This document shows positions 26,855-35,421 of a stretch of DNA of 64,000 nt, one piece after another (position 1 is the stretch's first letter; each line of letters opens with the position of its first letter). Origin of the DNA: a virus (Duplodnaviria; Heunggongvirae; Uroviricota; Caudoviricetes); IMG/VR virus record IMGVR_UViG_3300005613_000005, positions 91,213 through 155,212 of that record; one strand, written 5' to 3'. The notes beneath the pieces were generated by a model. That model was given only the letters and a program-made list of their open reading frames with translations, did no database searches and was not told the origin of the DNA. The position numbers and the translations under genes were made by a program.

Positions 26855-28578
26855 TATTTAATTCTCCATTTACCTTTTATCACGTTAATTAACTGACGAG
26901 AACCATTAGGATAAACGATGCAAGAAGTATGCGCCCACGATGAAGGCCCCTGATTGTAGGATAATTTAAGTCTAGTAGACGTACCGACGACCCAAGCTCC
27001 TCTAAGTATCTCTGGTGAATGAGTATGGGCTGTAACAGATTGACCGTATGCGTTCTCCATACCGCGTGTGCTTCCTCTAGCACCATTAGCACCCTTATCG
27101 CCGTGGGCTCCTAACTGTATGCGAGCGATAACATAATCGTCATCTCGTCTCAACCACCTGATCTTCTCACCTCTTTTTAACCCTAACTGCTCACAACCAA
27201 ACTTTATAGGATCATGTCCGTCTAGAAATGCCCTGGCGAGATCTAGACTAAACCTGTGGTTGTACGCATCGTTCGCATATTTGCACTCACACAGGTACGA
27301 TTCTAAAAACTCATCGTGGTTCGATTTCACGACCACTATCTCCTCAGAGTTCCATTTAGTAAGATCATTGAGGTCTTTAACCATATTCACGAACTCATCG
27401 CGCAGGTTCAGATGTCCTTTTTGTGCTCTCTGTGATCTAAGGATGATGTTATGTTCTTCATGATGGTTGATCGACAAACCGTCAAAAAGATCGTGAAGTA
27501 TCAATCGTTTAGGTTTCAATAATTTAGTCATCTCTTTCCAACACTGAACGACCGTATCGTTGGTGGACCCTGAATGCCAATCACCAAGGACAAACGCTGC
27601 CGGTTCTATGTCAGCGACCGCTTCACTAGAATATTCTTTTCCAATATCAATAAAGTTACCATCTTTATCGGCCTGTATCTGTCTAAAATGATATATCTTA
27701 TCGTCCTCGATCTCAACTATTATAGCTCCCATGATATGATCGTGTTCTGCTATGACTGCGGTTCGGTCACTCATATAACGTTCTGAAACGTAGTTCGGTA
27801 GCGTGATAGCACCAGTAGTCATCACGGCGTGAGTTGACCTATTGTTACCGGTAGCAACAAACTTCAAACGCTGTTTAGGAGAAGCATATATGAACGTGCC
27901 ATCACGTTGTCCTATCCTGGTCAACGAAGTGATCGGATCGATATGTTTAGCACTCAGTTTGATCGTATTGATATGTATGTTACTGTTTAAACTGACGTTC
28001 GCGACCACTATGTTCTCTATAGGAATTTTAGGATCTACGAAACCAAATTTGTTAACGCTAGCAGCAGGATCAGAAGCTACCAACACCAGAAGTTCAGCGT
28101 TATGAATTTTGCTATAGTTCTGAATGCTAGCTAAAAAATTAGCGTCAACCGAACAACCACTAACAGCAGTAGTAACTATAAAACGCTTAGCATCTTTGAT
28201 CTTCGTTCTAAGACGCTGTATAGCTTTAGGGTTAAATATCGAATCGTCCAATATACTTTTAAAATTCTTAGGAAATTTCTTGCGTGCGGCAACCTTCAAT
28301 CTACCCAACGACCCATGATGGTGAGAAACCATATCCTTAGTATATACCGACATGTCCGTGAACTCGTTCATTGTAGGATATCGTTTTAATTTAGCACATA
28401 CATCAGCGTATTTTTTGACCATCTGTTCTTTTTTGCTGATTTTCTTGTTGTGTTTTTTCTTGGTTGGTTTTTTCTTGATTGATTTTTTCTTTTCTGCGAT
28501 CTCGTTAATTATCTTTTTAATTTTTTCTCTGGGCACTGTTGGTTTTCTCTCAGTTGTTTTTATTGTTCTTTTAGCCAT
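26854..28578 (-). CDS. Calcineurin-like metallophosphoesterase with N-terminal basic/HTH region
   Basis: GDWH, HDLFDG, SNHD, HGD, AHTH motifs; KLKRYPTMNEF...HGSL HTH-like repeat. Confidence 0.8.
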   Translation of the reverse strand: MAKRTIKTTERKPTVPREKIKKIINEIAEKKKSIKKKPTKKKHNKKISKKEQMVKKYADVCAKLKRYPTMNEFTDMSVYTKDMVSHHHGSLGRLKVAARKKFPKNFKSILDDSIFNPKAIQRLRTKIKDAKRFIVTTAVSGCSVDANFLASIQNYSKIHNAELLVLVASDPAASVNKFGFVDPKIPIENIVVANVSLNSNIHINTIKLSAKHIDPITSLTRIGQRDGTFIYASPKQRLKFVATGNNRSTHAVMTTGAITLPNYVSERYMSDRTAVIAEHDHIMGAIIVEIEDDKIYHFRQIQADKDGNFIDIGKEYSSEAVADIEPAAFVLGDWHSGSTNDTVVQCWKEMTKLLKPKRLILHDLFDGLSINHHEEHNIILRSQRAQKGHLNLRDEFVNMVKDLNDLTKWNSEEIVVVKSNHDEFLESYLCECKYANDAYNHRFSLDLARAFLDGHDPIKFGCEQLGLKRGEKIRWLRRDDDYVIARIQLGAHGDKGANGARGSTRGMENAYGQSVTAHTHSPEILRGAWVVGTSTRLKLSYNQGPSSWAHTSCIVYPNGSRQLINVIKGKWRIK

Positions 28579-28651
28579 AGATACCTCTCAAACGATTCAA
28601 TTCTATTATACAAAATTCAAACAACACGAGAGCCTACGTAGGACTTTCATG

Positions 28652-29089
28652 TCATAACGTATCATTAATATTAGTCTTTTTAGGTTTATGAGGAATTAAA
28701 CGATATCCTTGCCCTTCCAAACGTTGAACACTGCCATATTTTTCATTGACGTCACGGAGGGTAACTGGTTTATCTGTTAAACGTTGACCTTTCTCATGTA
28801 TGTGATATAGATCTTCAGAACCTGACTGTTCAGCTTTTTTAATGTTCCACTGGCCGTTTTGATCATACGTGATCTCTTCACTGCGCCAAAAACTGGTTAT
28901 GCCACGATTGGCCGAAATTATCCTTTTATGACGAACAGCACCTCTTCTAGCAATACGCGCTCGACGAGGTAACTGGGGTGTTATAGGTCTACGTCCAGGA
29001 TTTCTGGTTCCCCAACGAGCTTTTTCTAATATTTCTCTTATTGTTTTCAAAGATTTTTCTAAGATATTTAAACGATTGCTTTCACCCAT
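28652..29089 (-). CDS. Putative head protein (ILEKS/ILEKA, NGQW motif)
   Basis: Start reassigned to ATG 29089 after AAGGGG; promoter TGGTATAAT at 29124-29132. Confidence 0.6.
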   Translation of the reverse strand: MGESNRLNILEKSLKTIREILEKARWGTRNPGRRPITPQLPRRARIARRGAVRHKRIISANRGITSFWRSEEITYDQNGQWNIKKAEQSGSEDLYHIHEKGQRLTDKPVTLRDVNEKYGSVQRLEGQGYRLIPHKPKKTNINDTL

Positions 29090-29143
29090 AAAGCACCCCT
29101 TTTTCAACGATTTTGATACTATAATTATACCATAGGGACAATT

Positions 29144-29171
29144 AAAAAACCCGGTACCATCTGGTACCGGG
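29144..29171 (-). terminator. Intrinsic terminator
   Basis: CCCGGTACCA-GA-TGGTACCGGG followed by TTTTTT on minus strand. Confidence 0.75.
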
Positions 29172-29213
29172 CGATATTTAATCGCCACTAGCTGAGGAAG
29201 CTTAGTGTGGGCG

Positions 29214-29504
29214 CTAAGTTTTAATTATACCAAGTTTGTAAGTTAAACATTTTTGACAGCTCTTATCGTACATCAAACGCCTGACATGATCAACCATATA
29301 CCATAAAGACCGTACCTCTGGTGCTTTATACACATCGAGTTGTTCGAGCAACAACAAGAATTGTTTGACGTCTCTTTCATATATGTAATGCAACGAATAT
29401 TCCCACAGATAATCAGGGCCAAGATCATCAACTGGGTCGCATTGATAGTTGTTGTCGTCTATCAACTGTCTAGTAGTAAGCTTATTCTTTGATGCGCGGT
29501 TCAT
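29214..29504 (-). CDS. Hypothetical protein
   Basis: ORF track. Confidence 0.6.
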   Translation of the reverse strand: MNRASKNKLTTRQLIDDNNYQCDPVDDLGPDYLWEYSLHYIYERDVKQFLLLLEQLDVYKAPEVRSLWYMVDHVRRLMYDKSCQKCLTYKLGIIKT

Positions 29505-29895
29505 CCCATCTCTCCCTTATAGCGTCCCACAAGTGAAACAAGTTCAACTTGACCGGCAACATCTGATCTTTGTGTATGATCCCCAGTTTAAAGTAAACGT
29601 ACAGTATATCTTCTATGACATCCGTGCTGTAATCGTAACGATGCTGCCAATACCATCTCCACCAATATAGACCAAATGAATAATGAGGGCCATCGTACCA
29701 GGTATATCTGAAACCGATCAAACGAGTTTCAGTACCGGTATGCATCATCGACCATTTACCGCCGCGAAGCATGGTATCAGTATGAAATCTCCAACCGCCG
29801 CGCTCTGTCAATATGCATATAATACTTCCTAACGAAGTCTTCCACCAGAACCACTCTTGTATCTTACTTATTAATGTTCGGATCTTCTGAATCAT
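29482..29895 (-). CDS. Trp/Tyr-rich hypothetical protein
   Basis: ORF track. Confidence 0.6.
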   Translation of the reverse strand: MIQKIRTLISKIQEWFWWKTSLGSIICILTERGGWRFHTDTMLRGGKWSMMHTGTETRLIGFRYTWYDGPHYSFGLYWWRWYWQHRYDYSTDVIEDILYVYFKLGIIHKDQMLPVKLNLFHLWDAIRERWDEPRIKE

Positions 29896-30076
29896 CAGAC
29901 TGCTTCTTCAACTCTTTTAAAACGTGAGTATTGACCATAGTTTGAAGTTTGTTGGTCTTCTTATCTTTACGTATCATTATCATGGTCCTATATTGAAAAT
30001 AGCATGCTATGCAGAACGTCACGCACGATATGAACGACAACACCAGCATCGATATGTGGATCGTGTAAATACTCAT
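29864..30076 (-). CDS. Small membrane protein, probably leaderless
   Basis: TGGTATAAT at 30083-30091, 6 nt before ATG; one TM helix. Confidence 0.65.
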   Translation of the reverse strand: MSIYTIHISMLVLSFISCVTFCIACYFQYRTMIMIRKDKKTNKLQTMVNTHVLKELKKQSDDSEDPNINK

Positions 30077-30129
30077 GCTATCATTATACCAAAGATTTCA
30101 AGATATTAAGTATTAGAGTCCTATAGTTT

Positions 30130-30298
30130 TAAAACCCTTTAATCCGACCTGCAATCAGCTCACAGACCATCGGTCAAGCCAGGATCATCTAATACGGTCG
30201 CCAACATCTCCGTCGTGTATCAGACCTTTGCTTTGGGTTCCCATCGACACGTACCTCGCTGTGACGGTTCGGGTACATAGCTCCCGGGTGCTCAATAT
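30130..30298. ncRNA. Candidate structured ncRNA (~170 nt), strand uncertain
   Basis: GC-rich intergenic island with several stems and -10 elements on both flanks. Confidence 0.4.
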
Positions 30299-30316
30299 AC
30301 TTATATTATACCTAAT

Positions 30317-30508
30317 TTACTCGTCTGACAATAGTTTATCCACTGGATCATCAAGCAAAGACATGATCTTGTTGTATCTTTTGATTTGCTTTTCATTGTC
30401 TAGGATAGTATTGATCTGTTTGGCGAGATGTCTTATATCACTAATGTATTGACCCCATAACTTATCGCCGATATCTTTCCTTAGTATGACGATGTCCTCT
30501 GCAATCAC
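30317..30508 (-). CDS. Hypothetical protein
   Basis: ORF track. Confidence 0.55.
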   Translation of the reverse strand: MIAEDIVILRKDIGDKLWGQYISDIRHLAKQINTILDNEKQIKRYNKIMSLLDDPVDKLLSDE

Positions 30509-30783
30509 ACTGCCGTCAGCAGCCTTGTCAAAAAAGATACCTGTATCCCGTCTTCTAAATTGGAGGTTATCTCAATCTTTTTGTTACCTACATCAGCACG
30601 AACTATGCATCGCGCGCGCGATGAATAATGGTCGGTAGAAAAACTCACGTCATCGGTCTCGTTGCGCAGATATTTTTCAGCTAGTTCAGTTATATGAACG
30701 ATCGCGGCCGTGATTACGTCATGGACTTCCACAGGTTTCACTGTGAACTTATGCTTATTGAAACTCAACCATCTCATAATCAT
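30505..30783 (-). CDS. Hypothetical protein
   Basis: ORF track, overlaps rtcB stop. Confidence 0.6.
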   Translation of the reverse strand: MIMRWLSFNKHKFTVKPVEVHDVITAAIVHITELAEKYLRNETDDVSFSTDHYSSRARCIVRADVGNKKIEITSNLEDGIQVSFLTRLLTAV

Positions 30784-32078
30784 CCTTTTATTACCGCTAA
30801 TGGCGACAGTTCGATAACTATATCAACCAGATCTTTCTGCTCATCCATCACTGTACTTATATCTTTATAAGCACCGCTTGCCTCATCCAGATCTTTGGTT
30901 CCCCTGATAGAATGCAATATACCTTGCTCATCTAATTTCTTCTGTTCATTTTTAAAATCAAGTTCTCGCTGCGCGCGTTTCCGACTCATCCTGCGTCCAG
31001 CTCCATGACTGCAGCTCATGAATGATTGTTCACTCCCTTTTCCTTTAACTATGTACGAACACGTACCTTGAGATCCAGGAATGATGCCTAACTCGCCTTC
31101 TTTAGCAGACGTAGCACCTTTTCTGTGAACCCAAACGTTCTTGCCAAAATGATGCTCGATGGACGCGTAGTTATGGTGTATGTTTATGTAATCGGTAAAT
31201 TCAACGTCTTCATGAACGGGTCTTATACCAGTCCCGCCGCACGCGTCACACTTGTTACCTCTCTTACCACCGTTTCCACCACAACGTTCGCACGTGTGTT
31301 GTACGAACGCCTCCTTGATCCTCTCAATCATCAGATCACGATTAGCTTTAGCAAATTCTAAGCAAAACTGCATCTCTCTCAGATAACTCTGACCTTCAGC
31401 GGTTTTAATCGGTAGGAAAGCTAGTCCGCCTTCTCCCTTATATTCTGGTATATTAGAGTACCAAGTCTCGCACAATCCCTGTGCCAGATCGTTGTAGAAT
31501 TTAGCGACTTTATAACCTAAATTTCTTGATCCAGAATGAACCATGAACCAAATATAACCATCAGATCCTCTCTGAATCTCTATGAAATGATTACCGCCGC
31601 CTAAAGTACCGATCTGCTTCAAAGCACTACTATATTCTCCCCATACTACAGGATACGAGTCGTAGGTTATGGCATCCTCGTGGTTAATCTCTGCTACGAG
31701 ATCGTATTTTGGAGCTGGCATCAACGCCGCGTCTTGAGATTTAGAATGATGACTGAAACCCAGAGGTATCTTCTTTCTTATCAAGGTCATTATCTCTTTC
31801 AACCGTTCCTGCGATATATCCTTTAAATTAGTCTTGACGGCTGCCATACCACAACCGATATCAACACCAACAGCGTTAGGTATCACCACGTCCTCACAAG
31901 CTATAACCCCACCTATTGGCATGCCATATCCTTGATGGGTGTCCGGCATCAGTGCAACGTGCCTGAACACGAACGGGAGTTTAGCCAAGTCTTTAGCCTG
32001 TTCAATAGCTCCTTCCTCAGGGTTCTCGCACCAGTTAAAGATAGGGACTCGGGTATTCTCATATTTAACCGCTTTCAT
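30780..32078 (-). CDS. rtcB: RtcB RNA ligase with a DnaJ-type zinc-finger insertion
   Basis: MPDTHQGYGMPIGG, VGVDIGCG, LGGGNHFIE, HSGSR, HHNY, HRKGAT, IPGSQG, SCSHGAGR, LDEASGAYK. Confidence 0.97.
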   Translation of the reverse strand: MKAVKYENTRVPIFNWCENPEEGAIEQAKDLAKLPFVFRHVALMPDTHQGYGMPIGGVIACEDVVIPNAVGVDIGCGMAAVKTNLKDISQERLKEIMTLIRKKIPLGFSHHSKSQDAALMPAPKYDLVAEINHEDAITYDSYPVVWGEYSSALKQIGTLGGGNHFIEIQRGSDGYIWFMVHSGSRNLGYKVAKFYNDLAQGLCETWYSNIPEYKGEGGLAFLPIKTAEGQSYLREMQFCLEFAKANRDLMIERIKEAFVQHTCERCGGNGGKRGNKCDACGGTGIRPVHEDVEFTDYINIHHNYASIEHHFGKNVWVHRKGATSAKEGELGIIPGSQGTCSYIVKGKGSEQSFMSCSHGAGRRMSRKRAQRELDFKNEQKKLDEQGILHSIRGTKDLDEASGAYKDISTVMDEQKDLVDIVIELSPLAVIKG

Positions 32079-32380
32079 TCATCCTCCAACAAAAACGCTT
32101 TTTCAAAATCATCATCGATCAGTTTTTTAAAAATCTCTAGTGTCTCTTTATCTTCGTGTTTGATCGCTTCTTTTTCATATTGCTCGTGGTTATCGCAATA
32201 AAACTTTTTAGCTATCATAAATTTACTATATATCATATGATTATATCGTTTGGTTTCAAACTCTATATCTTTAGAATGGTGCGGGTTCAAACGTCTTCGC
32301 ATGTGAAAACATCTGTCAAGGGTAACTATACTATTGCATAGAGCAATCCATTCTTTCAACGACATCTTGTCTTCATGCAT
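32075..32380 (-). CDS. Hypothetical protein
   Basis: ORF track. Confidence 0.6.
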   Translation of the reverse strand: MHEDKMSLKEWIALCNSIVTLDRCFHMRRRLNPHHSKDIEFETKRYNHMIYSKFMIAKKFYCDNHEQYEKEAIKHEDKETLEIFKKLIDDDFEKAFLLEDE

Positions 32381-32565
32381 TTGATCGCGTCCGTCTTGTT
32401 TTTAATCTTTACGTTCCAAACATTACCCATGCAACATTTCTCGATTATATGACGATATACTTTCTCCTGATGCTACAGCATGTCTCTGCAACGTTTCTCA
32501 GCGATGTTCTTACCACCAAAGAAGCCACCGATCGTTAGAACAACTATTATTATAAATTCAAACAT
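32356..32565 (-). pseudogene. Small membrane protein gene interrupted by an in-frame TAG (32473-32475)
   Basis: AGGAG RBS; MFEFIIIVVLTIGGFFGGKNIAEKRCRDML*HQEKVYRHIIEKCCMG...TRCR*. Confidence 0.5.
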
Positions 32566-32717
32566 TTACATACTCCTAATTTTTCTAACAATTCTATCAA
32601 TCCCAAAGATCCAGGGTACTTATAGTGGAAAACCACCCTCGCCCACGTTTTTGGACTAAGAGTTATGTATCGCATCGCGTCAAAAAGGTCTTCGTGAACG
32701 ATATTATTATCACTCAC
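32550..32717 (-). CDS. Small hypothetical protein (55 aa, GTG start)
   Basis: Read by eye; fills the gap after GAGG. Confidence 0.45.
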   Translation of the reverse strand: MSDNNIVHEDLFDAMRYITLSPKTWARVVFHYKYPGSLGLIELLEKLGVCKCLNL

Positions 32718-32721
32718 GTTA

Positions 32722-32985
32722 TCATGCCTCTGGCGTGCGCTTTATCAACTCATGAAATAGCGCCATCAAGAAAATCTTGTCCATGCATTCAGTATCCACT
32801 TTGAATTGACCGTCGCTTTTATCTGTGTAGAACGTTACTTCGCCAAAACCTATGCCTTTAGCACTCCACCGTATAACGAAACCGCTGAATCTTTCGTTTA
32901 TAAAAGGTTCAACTTCAAGGTGAGTAAACTCATATCCTGTAGCAGGACGCTCACCAAATACTTTTTCAAATATATCTTTTGCCAT
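32722..32985 (-). CDS. Hypothetical protein, probably leaderless
   Basis: TAGAAT 6 nt upstream of ATG; no SD. Confidence 0.65.
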   Translation of the reverse strand: MAKDIFEKVFGERPATGYEFTHLEVEPFINERFSGFVIRWSAKGIGFGEVTFYTDKSDGQFKVDTECMDKIFLMALFHELIKRTPEA

Positions 32986-33020
32986 GATGATATTCTACTG
33001 TTTTGAGATATTATATAGAT

Positions 33021-33875
33021 CTATTGGTCGAATATTATGTAATCAGCTATAGCACCATAAGTAGGATGCAAGATCGTAAAATTTGCTGACCGATTACACG
33101 TAGCCTGTACTATGGTCGCTATTTTTTTGTCAGGAGATCGATTGTTCAGACGCGCCGTTAATCCCAGTTTATATTCGGCATGAAAGTTACCGACTATGAT
33201 AAAAAACTTATTTCGACTGATATCTATTAAAGAATGATAGGCCATCGTATCGTCCCACACTGAATGCGCCGCAAAAAAATTCTTTGTCGCACCGTCAAGC
33301 ATATCGTGCTTCATGTATTTCATGGTACTTTTGAAGCGCTTGTAGTACAAGTCACCACCGACACTAAAGTCTTCTGGCAATAATTTCTTTTCCTGCTCGC
33401 TCAACGTGCATAAACCCTGCATGGCAATCTTATGCACTAACGCGTTGGGAGCATTGATGCCATACACGCGTCCACCAGAAGTTACCGCAATCTCTATCAG
33501 CGGTTCATAATACGCGAACGACGTTTTTCCCCATTGCATCGCTTTTAAAAAATCCGCCTCGTTCTTACCACCGTTCAAAAATAAATCTAAAGTTCCTTGA
33601 TCTATCCAGGATACGAATTCTAGGCCGACGTCGATCGATCCATGTTTGGCTACTTCGCTGATTACATCCAGTTGATTTTTGTGATGGACAGCGCTGTCAT
33701 GCTTCTCACCAAAAACTATGATATCATAGTTTAACAGGTCCTTTACGAGAGTCTGTCTATCAATAAATTCACCACGATCTGTCGAGAAAATATTACGCAT
33801 GCTATTACGATCCGCCTCAGTAATCAAACATAAAAGCATCACTAAAATAGAATATCGCAAGATGCTTACCCACAT
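33021..33875 (-). CDS. chaN: ChaN-family haem-binding/uptake protein (EreA/Tiki superfamily) with signal peptide
   Basis: DIIVFGEKHD, VGLEF, FL..MQW...YYEPLIE, VYGINAP, WDDTMA, VGNFHAEY; N-terminal hydrophobic leader containing Cys. Confidence 0.85.
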   Translation of the reverse strand: MWVSILRYSILVMLLCLITEADRNSMRNIFSTDRGEFIDRQTLVKDLLNYDIIVFGEKHDSAVHHKNQLDVISEVAKHGSIDVGLEFVSWIDQGTLDLFLNGGKNEADFLKAMQWGKTSFAYYEPLIEIAVTSGGRVYGINAPNALVHKIAMQGLCTLSEQEKKLLPEDFSVGGDLYYKRFKSTMKYMKHDMLDGATKNFFAAHSVWDDTMAYHSLIDISRNKFFIIVGNFHAEYKLGLTARLNNRSPDKKIATIVQATCNRSANFTILHPTYGAIADYIIFDQ

Positions 33876-33881
33876 TAATAT

Positions 33882-33890
33882 ATTATACTA
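33882..33890 (-). promoter_or_regulatory. -10 promoter TAGTATAAT for leaderless chaN
   Basis: 6 nt before ATG 33875, immediately after the capsid terminator. Confidence 0.6.
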
Positions 33891-33893
33891 GAT

Positions 33894-33932
33894 AAAAAAA
33901 AGGACGGCTGTTAACCGTCCTTTATTTTTTTT
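33894..33932. terminator. Bidirectional intrinsic terminator after the major capsid gene
   Basis: AAGGACGG-CTGTTAA-CCGTCCTT flanked by A and T tracts. Confidence 0.85.
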
Positions 33933-33954
33933 CAGAGTATTTTAAGTCTATGAC

Positions 33955-35421
33955 TTATTTTCCAACGTTCTTTAAGAAACAGTTGAATCTTGGTGTGTAA
34001 ACAAACAGAGCTCCATAAAGTACGATGGCGAATTCAAGAGCGGTTGACACGATAGCAAAATTGATTTTGCTAAGAGGTGCTAACTGTTTGAACTTCATGC
34101 ATTCTGCACTCATGTCGAGTAAGAAAGCTTCACCAAGGCCAGGAGATTTCTGTCCTGAGTCCACGAGAGTAAGATCAGCAGGATCATATTTGAAATTTCC
34201 TACGAACTTCTCTGTTCCAACAGCTCCGCCAGAAGCAGAACGGTAAACTTTAAAGTACTTGGTGTTAGCAGGTACGTTAGCTACTGTCAGGATCAGAGAT
34301 CCGTTAGCATCTGGGTTACCGTTTACGGTTGACTGAATAGGAGCACTTTCACCAAAGTCATTGACTGCAGTGATTTTGTACTGGTAAACACCACCGGAAG
34401 TAAGCTGACCAACAGGACTGACAGCGCCACCAGTGTTGTGTCCACAAGCAAAAGTGCCAAGCGCAGGAGCGTTAGCGTTAACGGCCTGTGTCCTATACTG
34501 AGCTCTAGGACGTAAGAAAAGGTTAGGTTTAAGATCTACAGTACCAGCAGTAGTTGTGATCTTAGATACATCGTAGCCAACTGCTTGACCAGCGAGACCC
34601 GGAGCACTTCTAAACTGTGGATAGAACTGTTTTACGAACGCACTGATAACAACTGGTTCAGCGTGTAATTGATTTGGAGCACCGAAGTTTTCCAGAGCAA
34701 TAACAGCCAGTCTTTCAATGTCGTCCTGCTGCATAACAGCACCAGCGAGATCCTGTCCGATTGATGACCAATCGCCAAAACCTTCAAAGTCTTTAGATTT
34801 GTGCTGAGCGTCATCGTCGCCTTTTAACAGCTGCTGAAGCAGACCGTTCATCTTGATAGAATTGGCTGGAATATCACTAACAGCACCGTTCATAGCACCA
34901 GAAGCAATGTTCATGTAGTGAGCATGTCCCCAATAAAGTTCTCTTTCGATATGCTTTAAGAGATGCATTGTTCCTTCTTTTGCTTGCTGAGCTACGATAT
35001 CGCCAACAGTTGTTCTTACTAGTGTCATCTGATGAGATACTTTTCTGCGTGTTCCAAAGAAAACGATTCTTTGTCCATCACGAATGTAAGTGCTGTCTTC
35101 CTGTTGAGGAGCACCACCTTCACCCATGTATGGGGAAGCGTCAGAACCATAACCAATCAAACGATTGTACTGTTCAAACAGATTGTAAGCTTTATCAATG
35201 CTTACTGCTGGCCAGAATTTTAAGTTTTTCATGTCAAAAGTCACGGACTTGAGTGTTGACTCAAGAGATTCGGCTTGAAGCACACCACCATAAGTTAGGT
35301 CAGTGGGTTTCCCAGCTCCACCGTAACCGGCTGTGATAGCCTTGTTAAGAGCTTCAATGTCTTCAGGAGTAACGAGTCCGTTTTCAATTCCCTGTAGGAT
35401 TTGATTCATTTGTTCGTTCAT
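33955..35421 (-). CDS. Major capsid protein (K/A511/SPO1/phiYS40-type) with Ig-like insertion
   Basis: K-AITAGYG...LQAESLE, FEQYNRL..YG, LYWG, YQYKITAVN..GESAP, KFKQLAPLSK. Confidence 0.92.
   Translation of the reverse strand: MNEQMNQILQGIENGLVTPEDIEALNKAITAGYGGAGKPTDLTYGGVLQAESLESTLKSVTFDMKNLKFWPAVSIDKAYNLFEQYNRLIGYGSDASPYMGEGGAPQQEDSTYIRDGQRIVFFGTRRKVSHQMTLVRTTVGDIVAQQAKEGTMHLLKHIERELYWGHAHYMNIASGAMNGAVSDIPANSIKMNGLLQQLLKGDDDAQHKSKDFEGFGDWSSIGQDLAGAVMQQDDIERLAVIALENFGAPNQLHAEPVVISAFVKQFYPQFRSAPGLAGQAVGYDVSKITTTAGTVDLKPNLFLRPRAQYRTQAVNANAPALGTFACGHNTGGAVSPVGQLTSGGVYQYKITAVNDFGESAPIQSTVNGNPDANGSLILTVANVPANTKYFKVYRSASGGAVGTEKFVGNFKYDPADLTLVDSGQKSPGLGEAFLLDMSAECMKFKQLAPLSKINFAIVSTALEFAIVLYGALFVYTPRFNCFLKNVGK

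Noticed and set aside
28652-29188. Longer ORF-track starts (29188, 20093, 38516, 15923, 54763)
   Set aside because: They run through terminators or -10 elements; downstream starts have proper SD or leaderless spacing
30270-30290. GGTTCGGG as the T-loop of a tRNA or tRNA-like Y RNA
   Set aside because: No complementary 5-bp T-stem or acceptor stem follows; kept only as part of the ncRNA candidate
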